From Octopus sinensis (lineage: Eukaryota), in assembly GCF_006345805.1 (NCBI RefSeq), contig NC_043004.1:31062001-31126000 (forward strand): 64,000 nucleotides of DNA. Reading direction: 5' to 3'. The translations under genes and the position numbers were made by a program. The notes beneath the pieces were generated by a model that saw nothing but the letters and a program-made list of their open reading frames with translations, had not been told where the DNA came from and did not search any database. Below, piece by piece: positions 49,376-63,446 of this stretch (positions within the stretch are counted from its first letter, which is position 1; every line of letters begins with the position of its first letter).

Positions 49376-52249
49376 CTGCAAAACAAAATAAATATATATA
49401 AGTATTATTGCTAAAACTTTTCACAAAAATAATGATATATAACAATATAATTAGTAGTGAGAAAGAGAGAGAGCTGGTATGTAATAAGCTGACAATGAAC
49501 ACTCATTATCACTAGTAGCTTTTTGTGCAACCATGACAATGTAACTTCAATCAATGGACAAAGTAGATTTTTATTTTATCACCATAGTACGGTGATCATA
49601 TTACTAGGCTAAAACCACAACTCTAGTAACTTGTTGAAGTTTCACTTCTTATTCAAGGATAAAAAGATGCAAATATCTATGACACATGATAGTACAATTA
49701 CGATGATGTTGATGTTGGTGATGATTTATTTTTCACGAGATACAGGCTCAAACTCTAGCATTTATTAATTCATCAAGCCCAATATATGTGATAATGATAA
49801 CAATAATGAGCGTTAATTAAACTCTTTACTTGATTGCTGATTATTTTATCAAGATTTGAACTCATAACAAAGAGATATAACACTAAACATCACAACACAA
49901 CCAATCCTGCCAAAGAATGTTGATAAGACAAGGCTTCAAATTTAGGGGACAGATACAGTTGACTAGATTGAACTCCATCCTCTCAGTATTTAACTAATGC
50001 TTGTTTTATTGACCCTAGAAAAATGACAGGCAAAGCCTTTCTACGCAGGATTTGAGCACAGAATGTAAAGGTACACAACAGGAATATCATAAGGTATTTT
50101 TTTATTTGACATGTTACTGATTCTGCCAATCCAAACAACAGCATCTATAAATTTTAATTATTAATTAAAATCAATTTAAAAAATGATTTTTGTAGGTTCC
50201 CACCACAAATTCTGAAGTAGCACAGCTGAAGTGCATTGTTTTTGAACAAAACACTTCCTTTCACATTGCACCCAGTCCACTCAACTGTAAACAAGGTTCC
50301 AGCAATAACTGAGAAGCTGACCCTGTGACAAACTAGCAGCTCATTCAGTAACTTATATGCCATGGAAACCAATTTAAACTCCAATCTTATGAGTCCTAGT
50401 GCTCATGACAGACCAAAGTCTAATTCTGAAACATTAAAATGCAACCCATTTATTTTTGCCATTTTAAAGCCAAAATTGTCAGAAAGTTAGTCACTTTTAT
50501 GTAAGAGAAATCTTTAAAAGAAAACAAGATGAAAAGGAGTAAAATAATATATCTAAGAGAATATTATTACATAAATAATGCAGCAATTATATAAATGATT
50601 TTCAACCAATTTTCCAAATTTTAAAAACCAAACTATGCAGTTTAATAGTTTCAGATAAATACCACTCCTACAATAGAGGGTGACCTTTCATGAGGAAAGA
50701 AAAGAAAACGAAAAAAGAATCAATCCATTTCCTTAAGAATCGCTTACTGACCAATTGAAATTTAACACAACTCAAAGTGGAAGAGAGAATATACTTGAGA
50801 AAAAAGTCATATGTCATTGTAAAGAGCTAAACCATTTACATAAGTTGGTTTATTTATTTTTTTTATCTGGGTGGAGGATGTCAATAGTGACTAAATAGTA
50901 AGATAAGCCTTAAAGTTACTGAAACATTTTCAAATATACTTGACAAATATATATATATATCAAAACAGAATGGTTACATTTATAATAAAGTGTTGTTATA
51001 CAATTCTAATAGCAACAAGTTAGGCTATGGTAAAGAAACAATGAACTTTGCCCCCTCCCACATATCCCAGTGAAAGAGCATCTAAAAGGCAACCCAAATA
51101 TTCTCTTATATATTTCAGTGTCAGTCCTGTAGATTTAACCAAGCATAGAAATGTGGGAAAAATTTTAGTAGCATATGAATGAGGATGACAACAAAAATAT
51201 TTCACATCCACAGACATCATAACTAAAGTGGATAATTATATCTTTAGATACTGTAATTGAACTCATTCTGAATGTCATCAGGTCAAAGCAATAAAAAAAA
51301 AAGCACATTTATGTAATTTAGTTATTGTGTTATTCAATTTACCTAAAAGAAGGATTTTGTCATCCACAATATCTCTGTTTCTGAATAGAATTCACTCAAT
51401 AGTCAGCCTCAAAAACACACCATCTAATGCAGAATGCCAAAAAAAACATCAACAATGGTGTTTGTTGTTTATTTTTGTTACTGCATGACAGTCTATATGT
51501 ATATATGATGGTAAATTCAAGACAAAACTACTGTGAGACAAGCAAGTGAGAAAGAGAAGGTACACACAAGGTGAATATGAGAGAGAATATTTAATACAAA
51601 CCATAATGGTTGTCAAATGGGGATACTTAGTATTCCAACAACTTCTCCACATGCTAGGTAATAACTACTACACAGTAGAAACGGGGTGAAGGGGGGAGAG
51701 ATAGGAACTGTGCCAACAACCATTTTAAACTTTCTCAGTGAAATTGCATACTTTCCTAAAGACACCATCTTCATAATCAAGAGCCACATGTGTAGCATAT
51801 GAGGATCAAATCCTTCCTAAATTATCTCTTATTACATTCTTGAGTTTTCAAATAGTAAAAACTTCTGACAAATCAAAAGTATGATAAAGAAACCAAAGCT
51901 TAAATATACAAATTAGATGGGACAGCACAGTCTTAATAAGAACAAGGAATACACAATAACAGCAATTCAATTCATAAGACTGACCATATGATTTAAACTA
52001 CAACAGTTTGATGTGCATTTCCATGTGATGTATATGCTTAATAGACTACTGTAGTAGATAACTACGTAAGAACCATCCATCTAATACAATTCAAAAGAAG
52101 ACATAAACTTAGCTCAATTATGGTTATCTCTGAAGTTGCCAATATTAAAAGTATCAATGAACTTATTTTGCTCATAATTTTGCAGCTATAAATTAGCTCT
52201 GATAAGTTGAACATAAATTTATAAATCTAATACAGCCTTAATGTCATCG

Positions 52250-52810
52250 CCCAGAATATATATGTCCAACGTAACTGGGGTGTCAGATGCAAGCCTACCT
52301 TCAGGCAGATTGAGATATCATTAGACAAGCACAGTGCAGGCTGGTTCCCCCAACACACTACTCTAAATTACATAATTAGAAGGAGCCTTGATGCGTTCAG
52401 CTTCCTGTTACAATTGGAGCCAGTAGGTCTTAGCCACAGAGGTGGTAAGCACTCCATCAGAATAACTTCCTTTCTATTCAAGGAAGACAGATCCCTAATC
52501 TGGGATGCAACATGCTACATGTTCTCTAGTTCCAGCCCTGCTGCATTGGCCACAAACCCAGGTATCACTGCCCATAAACACAGGGAAGAGAAAAATAAAC
52601 AGATACAGAAGTTTGATCAGCCACTATCAGTTTGTGCCGTTCACCATTGACACCCCAGGTATTCTGACCTTGCACTCCTGATTTCCTCTGCAAAATTGGG
52701 ATAACTGAGGCCAATCTGAGAAATGAGACCTGCAAGGTGGGGTGGCTGCTGCAGTGAGTATTGCCGGCCATTCTCCACAACAATGCCTTTGCACAAAGTG
52801 CTGCTAAATA
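52250..52810 (+). mobile_element. CRE-clade-like non-LTR retrotransposon 3' remnant (restriction-like endonuclease region)
   Basis: HSAGWFP...NYIIRRSLDAFSFLLQLEPVGL...GGK...FKEDRSLIWDATC...WLLQ*VLPAILHNNA matches the recalled pattern SAGRxxRH..LN..I.RAL...P..LEP.GL...DGKRPDG...L.WDATC...WL.QR.S.AI.RGNA. Confidence 0.65.
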
Positions 52811-55149
52811 CACCATTTTTTCGGGGGTGTACAACCCATTAATCCCTCCTCCCCATCTTGATCTATTATACTTTTAAAGTCTTTTTCTCCATTTCTTTCA
52901 GTCAATGTATGTTAATATAAACAAAGTTTATTTACAGTAAAAAACAAAAAAAAAAAGTAAAAAGTTACTGAAAATGTTGACTATTAAATTAATACCAGTG
53001 TCACCAAAGTTAATTTTAAGAACAACATTTACTGTGTTGTTACCAAAAGATAACTCTCAAGAGACTAAGTAAGATTATATTATATATTGAATGTAGGTGC
53101 AATAATATCAAGTGATAGCATTAAGGAAACCTGTTCATATTAATGGTGATCATAAACTAAAGGTTACACTAGATATCTTTTTTTTAATATGTTCCATTTT
53201 TAATTCTAAAGCAATAAATTTGAAACAAAAATAATTCTTGGTTTAGTGAAACAATCATTATGACATTTTCATTGGATCAATAATTTTAAAGCATTATTCA
53301 GTTTAGAATCTGATACTTTTTATTTTACTTGATTCAGTTTGTTGAATATAATCACATACTTTAATTTATTAAATTAAAATAGAATTTTTATAATGAGTAA
53401 TAATTTCAGTTTTCTCAGGACTCATAATCAGAATTTTTTTTAAAACAACACAAATAAGATCCCAAAAGTATTTAATCATTCTTTGAATCATTAAATTAAC
53501 AACATCTCAAAATATCAGCCCAACTATTCAAAGCTAGTTTCCTTTGTTAAACAGTAAGAAACTATAGAAAAAAAAAATCAAAATGAATAGCAACACACAT
53601 AAAAATGCACTTCTGTTGTCTCGAGTTCTATGGATCATATCTTTTATGAACTCTTCCAACAATATTGGTCGCATATAAAACAGCAATAAAGTTAGAAATA
53701 AAGCAAATAAGTTCACAATCATCAAATCACTTAACCCATTAATGAATAGACTAATTACTATTTTAGAATTAATTACAGTTAAATATCAAGAAAAATAGTA
53801 AGGACAAAAAGTCATAATATAATCATTAAGCAATTGTTTGGTTTCATGAAAAGTTAATATGTGAGCAGAATTTAAACTAGAAATAAATACTTGGTATTGT
53901 ATAATTTTCTGAAAGACCTGCTTTCAGGCATACAATGCATTGTTAATAGGTTATGAACCTTAATCTAAATGGCTGCCAAATACACATCAGATTCACAAAG
54001 AGGAGATCTAAGGCATAAGATGTATATCACAAAATGCAGCATAAAAATATATACATATGATGATATAATATGATATAATAGTACTTCAAACTATTAGATT
54101 TCTAAAGACACAGTAAGGTTTATTTAAAATTTTCAGCTAAATGATGCACATAACAAAAAAAAAAGAGAAAAAAAAAAAGAAAAATTAGGTGTACATCATT
54201 AAAAATAGATCAGCAAATAAGCAGAATGCTTGATTTATACAATTCTGGCAGAAGCTTATTTCAGACTGACTGAATAAAAGTGAATTTGTTTAAATAAATA
54301 TTGATCTCAAAGCACATACACCAATAATCTTCAGAATTTTGCTAGAGAATCCAATCTTTAAGCTAGCTTTTCAAGTGACAGTCTCAATAGATTTATCCAC
54401 CTATTCTCGGCACCTATTATCAAAACTATCACTAAAATTATATTCTCTGAGACTAAATCTTATTCTATATATCATTAAACTTATAATCATTATAAAAAAA
54501 TAAATAAAAAATCAAAATGACAATAGTAACTTGATGTATTAAAACACTTGCTAATCTAAAAAAAAAAAGCTGTTTTAATACCTAACATTAACAAAAACAT
54601 CTATCATCTCAAAGCTACACATTACTTGGAATTTGATTTTTATCTCTGGTTGTAAAAAACCTGATCTGAACAATGACATTTGTGTCAAAGTAACAGTAAA
54701 AGAGCAACTACTCATAATAAAACCAGCTAAAATCTAAAACAAAATACAATAAAAATTCAGTAAAACAGATTTTTATACATCCCAATATATCTTCAGAATA
54801 ATTAGTATAGTGACAAAACCAAATTGATGATAGAATACTTTTTTAATTTTTAGACAATACCATTGAATCTGACTGTTTCAAAATTGTTGTGTAACAATTG
54901 ACAGTTTCATAGCCAAAAGTCTCTTTCCTGAGTCATAGATTCATGGGGCTGCTTTCACAGATTCTCTGGTGTGTCTACTCCCCGGTAGATAGGATGCCAG
55001 TCTGTCCCAAGAATACTCAGTTTTCCTAGCTAAGGAGACTGGAGCAATGTTAAAGAGTTTTGCTCAAGAACATAATGCACCTCCTGGTCCAAGAATCGAA
55101 ACAGACACACACACACACCACTGTACATTGTGATGATTCAGCCTCTGAA

Positions 55150-55900
55150 AATGGGGCCAAAACTGACAGCTTTTAGGATTGCCATCTGATATCAATGGTC
55201 TGCCATTCAAATGCCTTCTATTGATCCAAACTGACCAGTACCCCACCAAAGGCAGATCTATTCCCAACCGTCCTACTGTGTAATGCATGAGGTAGAGGTC
55301 ACTGCAGATAGACCTGCCAAGAATCAGACAGGTTTGTCTGTCTTTGACTATACTACTGACAACAAGTACTAGCCTCTTGGTGAGCACTTTAGCCAAAATT
55401 TTGAATGAGTGTTGAGCAGAGTTATGGGTCTGAAATTTTCCATCACAGTAACCTTGTTCAGATCTTTCCTCAGCACAATCACCGCTCCCTGCCTCACATG
55501 ACTGGGAATGCCCCCAGTCTGTTGCTAACTGCAGTAGATAGTAGCCTGAACAGGAGTGAACAAGTAAAGCATGTAGAAATATAAATCAAAGGGCAGACCA
55601 TCCAATCCTGGTGAGTTATGCCTGAATCGGTGACTCAGCACATCTTCCACTTCTTCTGCTGAAATCAGCTCCTGACAACATTCAATCTCCTTGTACGAAA
55701 GGCATGGCGGATCATTGCTACCTCAAGTATAACACCCCACCAAAAACAGTCCTGCAAAGTGCTTCCAAAACATTGCACTCATCTGCTTGGAATTGGAGGG
55801 CAAATGGCCACTGCAGTCCACCACAGACCAAATTCTCACTCAGGCCCAACAAACATACTAGTGCATACAGCCTAGCTCAGCTCTGGGCATATATCCCTAT
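55150..55900 (-). mobile_element. L1/Tx1-clade LINE reverse transcriptase remnant
   Basis: ENFRPITLLNT, then (frameshift) ILAKVLTKRLVLVVSSIVKDRQTCLILGRSI. Confidence 0.75.
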
Positions 55901-56167
55901 CCTGTCACACATACTTTTTAACAAATTAACCATATAGCCAACAGTAGCATGTTTTGCTTGACTGCTAGGGATGGGTTTCAAAATTATAGTTAGGTAGGTA
56001 GATACACAGACAAGGATATAGAGATTGATAGGAAGACAGAAAGACACAGACAGGATGTGTATGTCTGTGTAAGTGTACACACACACGTAAAGATGAAGGA
56101 AGGATGATGTAACTTTAATACAAGTTACTAGAATATATTTTGAGAATTTCTAACAACCATATAGATA

Positions 56168-56550
56168 GGTGCAGGCATGGCTGTGTTTTAACAAGCTTGC
56201 TTCCCAACCATATGGTTCAGGTTCAGTCCCACTGTATGCCACCTTAGGCAAGTGTCTTCTACTATAGCCTTGGCTCAACTAAATCCTTGTAAGTAGATTT
56301 GTAGATGGAAACTGAAAGAAGCCTGTCATGTGTGTGTGCATTTCCTTGTATCTTTGTTTATCTCCCACCACTGCTTGACAACCAGCATTGGTGTTTTTAT
56401 GTCCCTGCAACTTAGTGATTCAGCAAAAATGATCAATAGAATAAGTAACAAGCTTTAAAAAGTACGTACTAGGGTAGATTCATCTAACTGAAAAAATTTT
56501 CAAGGTGGTGCCCCAGCACGGACGCAGTGTAATAACTGACACAAGTAAAA
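56168..56550 (+). mobile_element. CORE-type SINE copy; inverted fragments at about 56620-56740 and 57570-57670
   Basis: Family match, variant 3' tail. Confidence 0.75.
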
Positions 56551-57468
56551 AATGAAAGCAAAGATATATATATATATATATGCATGCACACACACACACA
56601 AATGTGTGTGTGTGTGTGTGTGTGTGTGTTGGGCTTCTTTCAGCTTCCATTTACTAAATCCACTCACTAGACCATAGTTGAAGGCTGAACCTGAAATCAT
56701 CTGATAGGGAAGAAAACCCCTTAACCACAGACATGCTATATATATATATATATATATAATGAGGCAGTGAACTATGCTTCTGGCATATATGGTATCTATA
56801 GATAAGAGAATTTCTAAATTACATTTTAAAATTTTCCAGATTCACTGTTTTTAATTACCATCAAAGAAGGAACAAATTATTTTGCAAAAGAACACAATCC
56901 TATTATTTACCATTAATTTCTATTAATTGAAATGTGGGTCATGTGTTTTCAAAACAGTAACTGGAAACTAGAAACAACCACACAACAAAGTAATACATGT
57001 AATTAAATCTCATTAATAATTAAATGGATACAGTTTTTTTGTCAATCTGTGATTAAATATTTCTACCTTGTCTAAATGTTTATATCTTTTTTTTTTAAAT
57101 ATAAATGAAAATATACAGCTATATATCAAACCATTATCTTTTCCATTTGATTATTTGGCTACTCAATAAGATCTTATGCCATACCAATTCCATTTTCTAA
57201 ATTGATTCCTAAGATCGGCACAAGAACACAATTTGTGGCAGGAGGCAACAGATAATTGCATGGGTATCAAAATGATACAAGATAAAGTTGTACTTAATGG
57301 CATTTTTTAATTCAGAATATTGAGAGCATCATTAACATAAAAGATGCTTTAATTTCTCAATCAGAAGAAAATCAATTGTTAAATAAGGATGTATAGATTA
57401 TCATAAAAATATCCCAAGCAATTGTGCTTACATATACCAAGCATTAGATTTAGTGTTTGATTAATAAT

Positions 57469-57540
<72 letters not shown>

Positions 57541-60330
57541 ATACACATATATGTTTTCAGCAACTAGGTTCACTCATGTGGCATTGGTCAGCCTAAAGCT
57601 ATAATAGGTAACATGGTGGGACTGAACCCAAAATGTGGTTGTCAAATGAGTGTCTTATCCTTGCAGCCATACTTGTACCTGTAGAGTTTAATTATGTGAC
57701 AAATGGTATTTAATGTCAGGAATAATAGGTAAAATGCAAAGTTCCTTAATCATTACAAAGATGATAAAAACCAGTTGACTGAAATGACGACCTCAGAGTA
57801 CTATTGGTATTTATTGATGATAAAGGAGTGGAATGCATGTATGGGTGGATTTGAACTCAGAACACAGTGACAAAACATTTTATCTAGTGCGGTGCTATTT
57901 CTGTTGGTTTGTTGCAGAAATAGAACTGACCCTGAGAATTTCAGAGACATTAGAAATAAATTTAGATTTCTAATAATGTCTTTTGGAGAAATATCTTTTT
58001 ATTGAATCAATACAAACTTTGGTTAATCAATAAATATTGAGCATGTTTTTTTTTTCTTTCTGTGAACACATGACAACTGTTTTTAATAGATTTTTACATC
58101 AATATATTACATATAAAATAAAAACAACTCACCACATGCTGATAATTCCACATGAGAAATACAAAGAGATTTTCAAATGCAAATAGTATACATAGAAAAT
58201 TACATGAATAGTCCAAGAGAAAGTGATCAGTGCAAAAGAACAAAACTAATGGCAACCTTGGACGATAGGTAGCACCAAGAACAAAAGACTAAGATAATGT
58301 GTCTAGTAGTTAACTAGTCTGAACCAAAACAAAACAGAAAAGACACTATAAGTTCTGCTAAGCACACTTGGAACACATATTCTCCTACCCAAGGGAACTT
58401 AGGCACAGCACTCTAGCAAACAAAACGCACCAGTATGTTGCAGAGAAATATTAATAAATGGTTTTATAAGCACTGAAAACAACTAAAAGAAAGATTTTAG
58501 GCTTTTAAATCTGAAAAACTACATTTTAATTGCAACAGAATTAAATGTAAGAGAAATTCAGAAATTACAGGTTGTGTGATGTGAATAGTATTTTTGGCAA
58601 ACAACCAGTCAAGTTAGTACTTCCCATTAAATTAGAAGTCATGAGCTGAGTGTTTAGTAATTAGCAAACAGGATTAGAGGTTACACACACATCACCTTAG
58701 AAAGAATATTTGCAGACACTTTTTACACTTCTAATATAAATAATTGAATATCAAAAAACTTTTTTCATTTTGAACGGAATAATTATCTTTGTTTTCTGCA
58801 TTTTTTTCTAAGGAAAGAATTTAACAGTTTAAAATTTTATAGTACAATTAGCTAAGAGAGTTGTACTTTAATTCCAATAAAGATTAGCTGTAACATCAAG
58901 AATTTGTCAAGAATATTTTTAAAAGGTGTGCCTTTTAAGAGGAGAAACAAGTTTAATGAGATACAAACAGCAAAGGCAGTACCATATTGTCTAGTGCAGT
59001 TATAGATCATTAAAAATCAAGATATATTTGATTTTAGAAGGAAAATTATATCAACATATTACAATCACCTTCAAATCAGGTCATTAACACTCTAAGACTG
59101 AATTCCTACATTAACATGACATTTCAGATTTACAGGAAGGGAATGCAGGAAGGGACAAGAATATAGTTTCATACTTTTCCTATGTTATATTAAATTGCTA
59201 CAATCAAAAAAATACAAATTGCTTATTTTTTATGAAGAGCATTTTTTTTCCAACTAAATGACTGAGGGGAAACAGAGAAGCATACTTTATATAACTATCC
59301 AATCCATGTGTGTAAACAAAACTGGTTGTTTTTTTTGTTTTGTTTTAAAGAAAATCACTGGCTCTCTGCATTTCCAGTGATGACACTTGATGCAGTTCAG
59401 GTAGATTTATTTTTTCACACCAGTTCCATCCATTTTGTTATAAATGTCCACACATACATTATAGATTTTTAGTCTCTGCCTACCAAATTCTACTCTCAAA
59501 TTATGAATCAATCCAAGTTTAAGTCAAAAAACACACCTCAAAGGTGCCATGCAGTAGGATCAAGCCCAAAACTATTTAGTTGTGAAGGAGACTTATTAAC
59601 TACATAGTGATCCATACTTATAGCCTGACAGAGAAAATTTAATTCAAAGCTGTGTTCATATTTAGAACTCATCACCACATTAGTGGTAACCCACCAATTC
59701 AACTTATGTTTACATTTTATAGTATATACTTGAGTAAAGATTCCTTTCCTGTACCTTAGTGTCAGTACCTTGTAATCCTTGTCTCCATCCAGTAGGTTGT
59801 TTTAAGGGCTGGTAACTTAGATCCATTTTCATAGAACTCAGCCCATACAGGACACATCCCGCCACAGACAAGGAATATTCCTAGATAATACTATATCTGT
59901 TCCTGACAGATGTAGAAGGGAATGTTTTGCTTAAAAGAAGACTTGAACTTTTTAACTTATGAAGTAGTAGTCCAATGCTGTTGTTCATCCAATTACATTA
60001 CTTCTACATTACTGTAAATGTTTCAGAGGGACAGAAAAACATCTAATCAGTTTTCAACTGAAGACCTATTAAGATAATGTCACAAACCTAACTACATGTG
60101 GTTCATCACTAATGAAGTACGGAGCTAAATTATACAAGAAAAAGCTTCTGCAATTAAAATTTGCTTTGAATTTACAATTAACAATAGTTTTAAACAGAAA
60201 AAATAGGTGGGAGGAAGAAAATATATTTAAGTATATGTTTCTTTATAATCAAAAATTACTCAAGAAAGGCTTTCAAATTCAGTCTTGATAAAGTATTTCC
60301 TCACATAAAACGTCATTTTCATCTTACATA

Positions 60331-61212
60331 CATAGTCTGATCAATAAGTATTTGGACTGTTGCTATAGTAATGAAGTAATGAAGCTAAAGCACAGAGAAT
60401 GAAGCCACTTGGCACAGATTGACCTTAACCTCTGCTGTGCATGTGCACTAAGTTTTCTTGTTCTAACTCACTTCTGCTATTTACAGATGTGCTTGGAAGG
60501 AAGGTGTGTAGCATGTGATCATAACATTGACAGAGAAAGTTGAGCAGAGAATCTGCATCAAATTTTGCCAAAACTTAGCAATACCTGCTCAGAGGCCAAT
60601 GCAAAGTTTTCAAAAAGTTTTCATTGCTCTCAACACAATCAAGATCTTGTGTAACTGAAACACAAGTGTTGTTTTGGTCAGCTGAAAACAGTTTTGGCCC
60701 AAATTTGTCAGACACGCCTCATATCCAAACCTTCAGTGATAATGAACTGTACTGTAACTAATCTGTACATCCTCTGATAACTCACGGATGGTGATCCAGC
60801 GATTTCCCCTCACAGCTGCCCACACATCTGCAGTTTTTCTCAGTTCTGCTGGTTGTGGGTCTTCTTGAACGTTCATCAATATCGACATTTTTTTGGCCAT
60901 CTTGGAAATGTCTAATCTATTTGTACACTTATGTGCAGCTCATACACTCCTCTCCATACACTTTTTGCAAATTTATGTAGGCCTCTGAGCCAGTATCACC
61001 ATGACAACTTTCTGTTATGGTCAATGTGACAATCACACACTACACACCTTCCTTCCAAGCACTGCTGTAAACAGGGGAAATGAGCTAGAATGTTAAAACT
61101 TAACGCACATGCACAGCAGAGTTGAAGGTCAATCTGTGCAAAGCAGTTTCTTTCTGCGTGCTTTAGTTTCATTACTATGGCAACAATCTGGATACTTATT
61201 GATCAGGCCTCG
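60331..61212 (-). mobile_element. Mariner derivative with two 5' ends (long inverted arms)
   Basis: TA-flanked termini at 60331 and 61212. Both arms carry the 5' UTR and the transposase N-terminus pointing inward. Confidence 0.8.
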
Positions 61213-62855
61213 TATACACATTCTTCCACAAGTAAATGTTAGATAAATAAGGCGGCATGTTGCAAACCTGTATCTCATGAGTAAAAATATGATGGATCAC
61301 AATGGATCAAAGATAAGAATTCATAAATTTTGTATTTCCCCCTCTACCAAAGTTGCAGAAAGCCTCTGCTCAGGAGCACACTATCACTGATGAAAATAGC
61401 TGAACATACACACAACACATGGAAAGGCACCTCCTGCCACTTTCAACATGGCTAGCTAGTAGAAATAACAAATTTCTACAAGTTAGCCATGTTATAACAT
61501 ACTAAATTTGTTTTTTTAACCCATTTGTATTGTAACTCCTAATGACAAAGATAGATAAAAAAAAAACTGCCACAATATTTCTTATAAAATGTGCTTTATG
61601 TGCTTCAACTGATATATTAAATTGTTCATAACTTGGAAGGATTTAGTAAATAACTATTATTATCTTAGAACATGACAAAAAACAAAAATCTCTTACAATA
61701 AAATGACTTTTTTTAAATCATGGAAGACATGATGTGAGGAAGGGCAGTATCAAAATGGTTGAGTCAAAGAGATTACATTTTAGGATCATCAAGTAGCTTG
61801 AAATTCAATTCTATTTTGAATACCAAATTAGCAGTAAAAAAATAAAAAGGTTAAGGGTTTTCAAGTAAAAACCATCAACACATTCCATAAGAAACAACAG
61901 CCAGACCTTTCATTTGCTATTGTTAACTTATTTTAATTATATAAATGATTTTTAAAATACACTGATAGAAATAACGATTCCTTCACTAATTTTTTACATG
62001 GATTTTCAGATGGTTCATTTTTTTGCCTTTTTCATTTATTTTTAGAACAAAAAACAGTTCTCATCACAAAATGACACACACCTCCTTAAAATCCCATTAG
62101 ACAATTAGCATTTTGAAAATAATCTAAAATTTAACAAAAGGAAACAATTGAAATAAACAAGAGTTTATATAAAATGGATTCAACATTCACATGATAACAA
62201 CTTGAAATTAGCATAGAAGAGACAGTTTGAAAATCTGTTTTAAGTAGCTTTTAAAGTTTTCCACTTTACAAGATCCTGAAAGAGATTTTTAGTGACATTT
62301 TGAAAAAAATAATGAATTAAATCTACATTTCTAAAAATATTTAAATCAGCATATTCTAGATCTTATGAACATAACTTGATTTCATTAAAATTCTATTTAT
62401 TTCTATCAAAATGAAATTAAAAAGAAAAAATATCATTAAATTAATTTTACAAATCTTAATCCAAAGCTGATTGTCATTGGCAAGAATAAAATAGATTAAA
62501 TACCATTTAAATATATGGGAAATTTGTTAAACAATTTATTCACTTATTCAATGGTAGTTTACATGGAACATCAATTAAAGAAGTATGTTTGAAGCTAAAT
62601 GTGAAGATGTTATCTGTTTGATGCTACTAATGAAGGAAATTAAAAAGTGCTGTAAAAGTATCCCATCAAACCTTGATTTATTTAGTTACTGGTAAGAAGT
62701 ACAAAGACGCAGCTAATGAAGTCTAATTGTATTCTTTGCCTACCAGATCCAGACTTCTATGAGTAACAAAGTGAGAGTGTGTGTGTGTGTGTTAATGATA
62801 AATAAATATATCAAGTAAATTATTTCTTAATAGTTGTTACTGACAGTGGAAATGG

Positions 62856-62891
<36 letters not shown>

Positions 62892-63401
62892 ACATGCACA
62901 TAAGCACAGGCAAGGCTGTGTCTGCAACTACATTCATTTGGGTATGGTCCCACTGCATGAAAACTTTTAGCAATTGTGTTCTGCTACAACAACAGCTTTG
63001 TAAGTGAAACTGGTAGGCAGAAACTTGAAAAGGCTCATCATATATATGCGCTCTTATTTTTCCTTGTTAAAATCAGAATATTAATATCTATGATACTCTA
63101 CCAAAAGGTGGTGAATAATCCCTCAACACTGAACTGTTCTTATGTAATATTATCATCATTGTTTTAACATCTGCTTTTCCATGCTTGCATGGATCAGACA
63201 GAATTTTGTTGAGGCAGATTTTTCTATAGCCAGATACACCTATTTCCAAGTATGGAAATATGCTCTCCAAGACTAGACATGATTTCAGATGATTAGAAAT
63301 GAATGACACTGCTTGCATCAAATGATGCCAAGGAAAGGGGACAGTAACGTATAAACATGCACACATATAAATACACACATTTTATACATACACTACACAC
63401 A

Positions 63402-63446
<45 letters not shown>

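Noticed and set aside
50740-50820. Candidate short first exon of TSC22 (MTYDFFL...)
   Set aside because: The strong donors are in the wrong phase and the only phase-2 donor (gtatat) is weak; there is no homology support.
59768-59870. Candidate first exon MCPVWAEFYENG...METRIT with a phase-2 donor
   Set aside because: The phase fits but there is no recognisable TSC22 N-terminal motif or promoter context, and it may be decayed repeat sequence.
43233-61072. FoxO-type GTAAACA sites as regulators, by analogy with GILZ
   Set aside because: A few 7-mers are expected by chance in AT-rich DNA and they show no clustering.
61387-61393. CTGATGA hammerhead core
   Set aside because: No stem II or correctly placed GAAA follows. 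The same applies near 26634.
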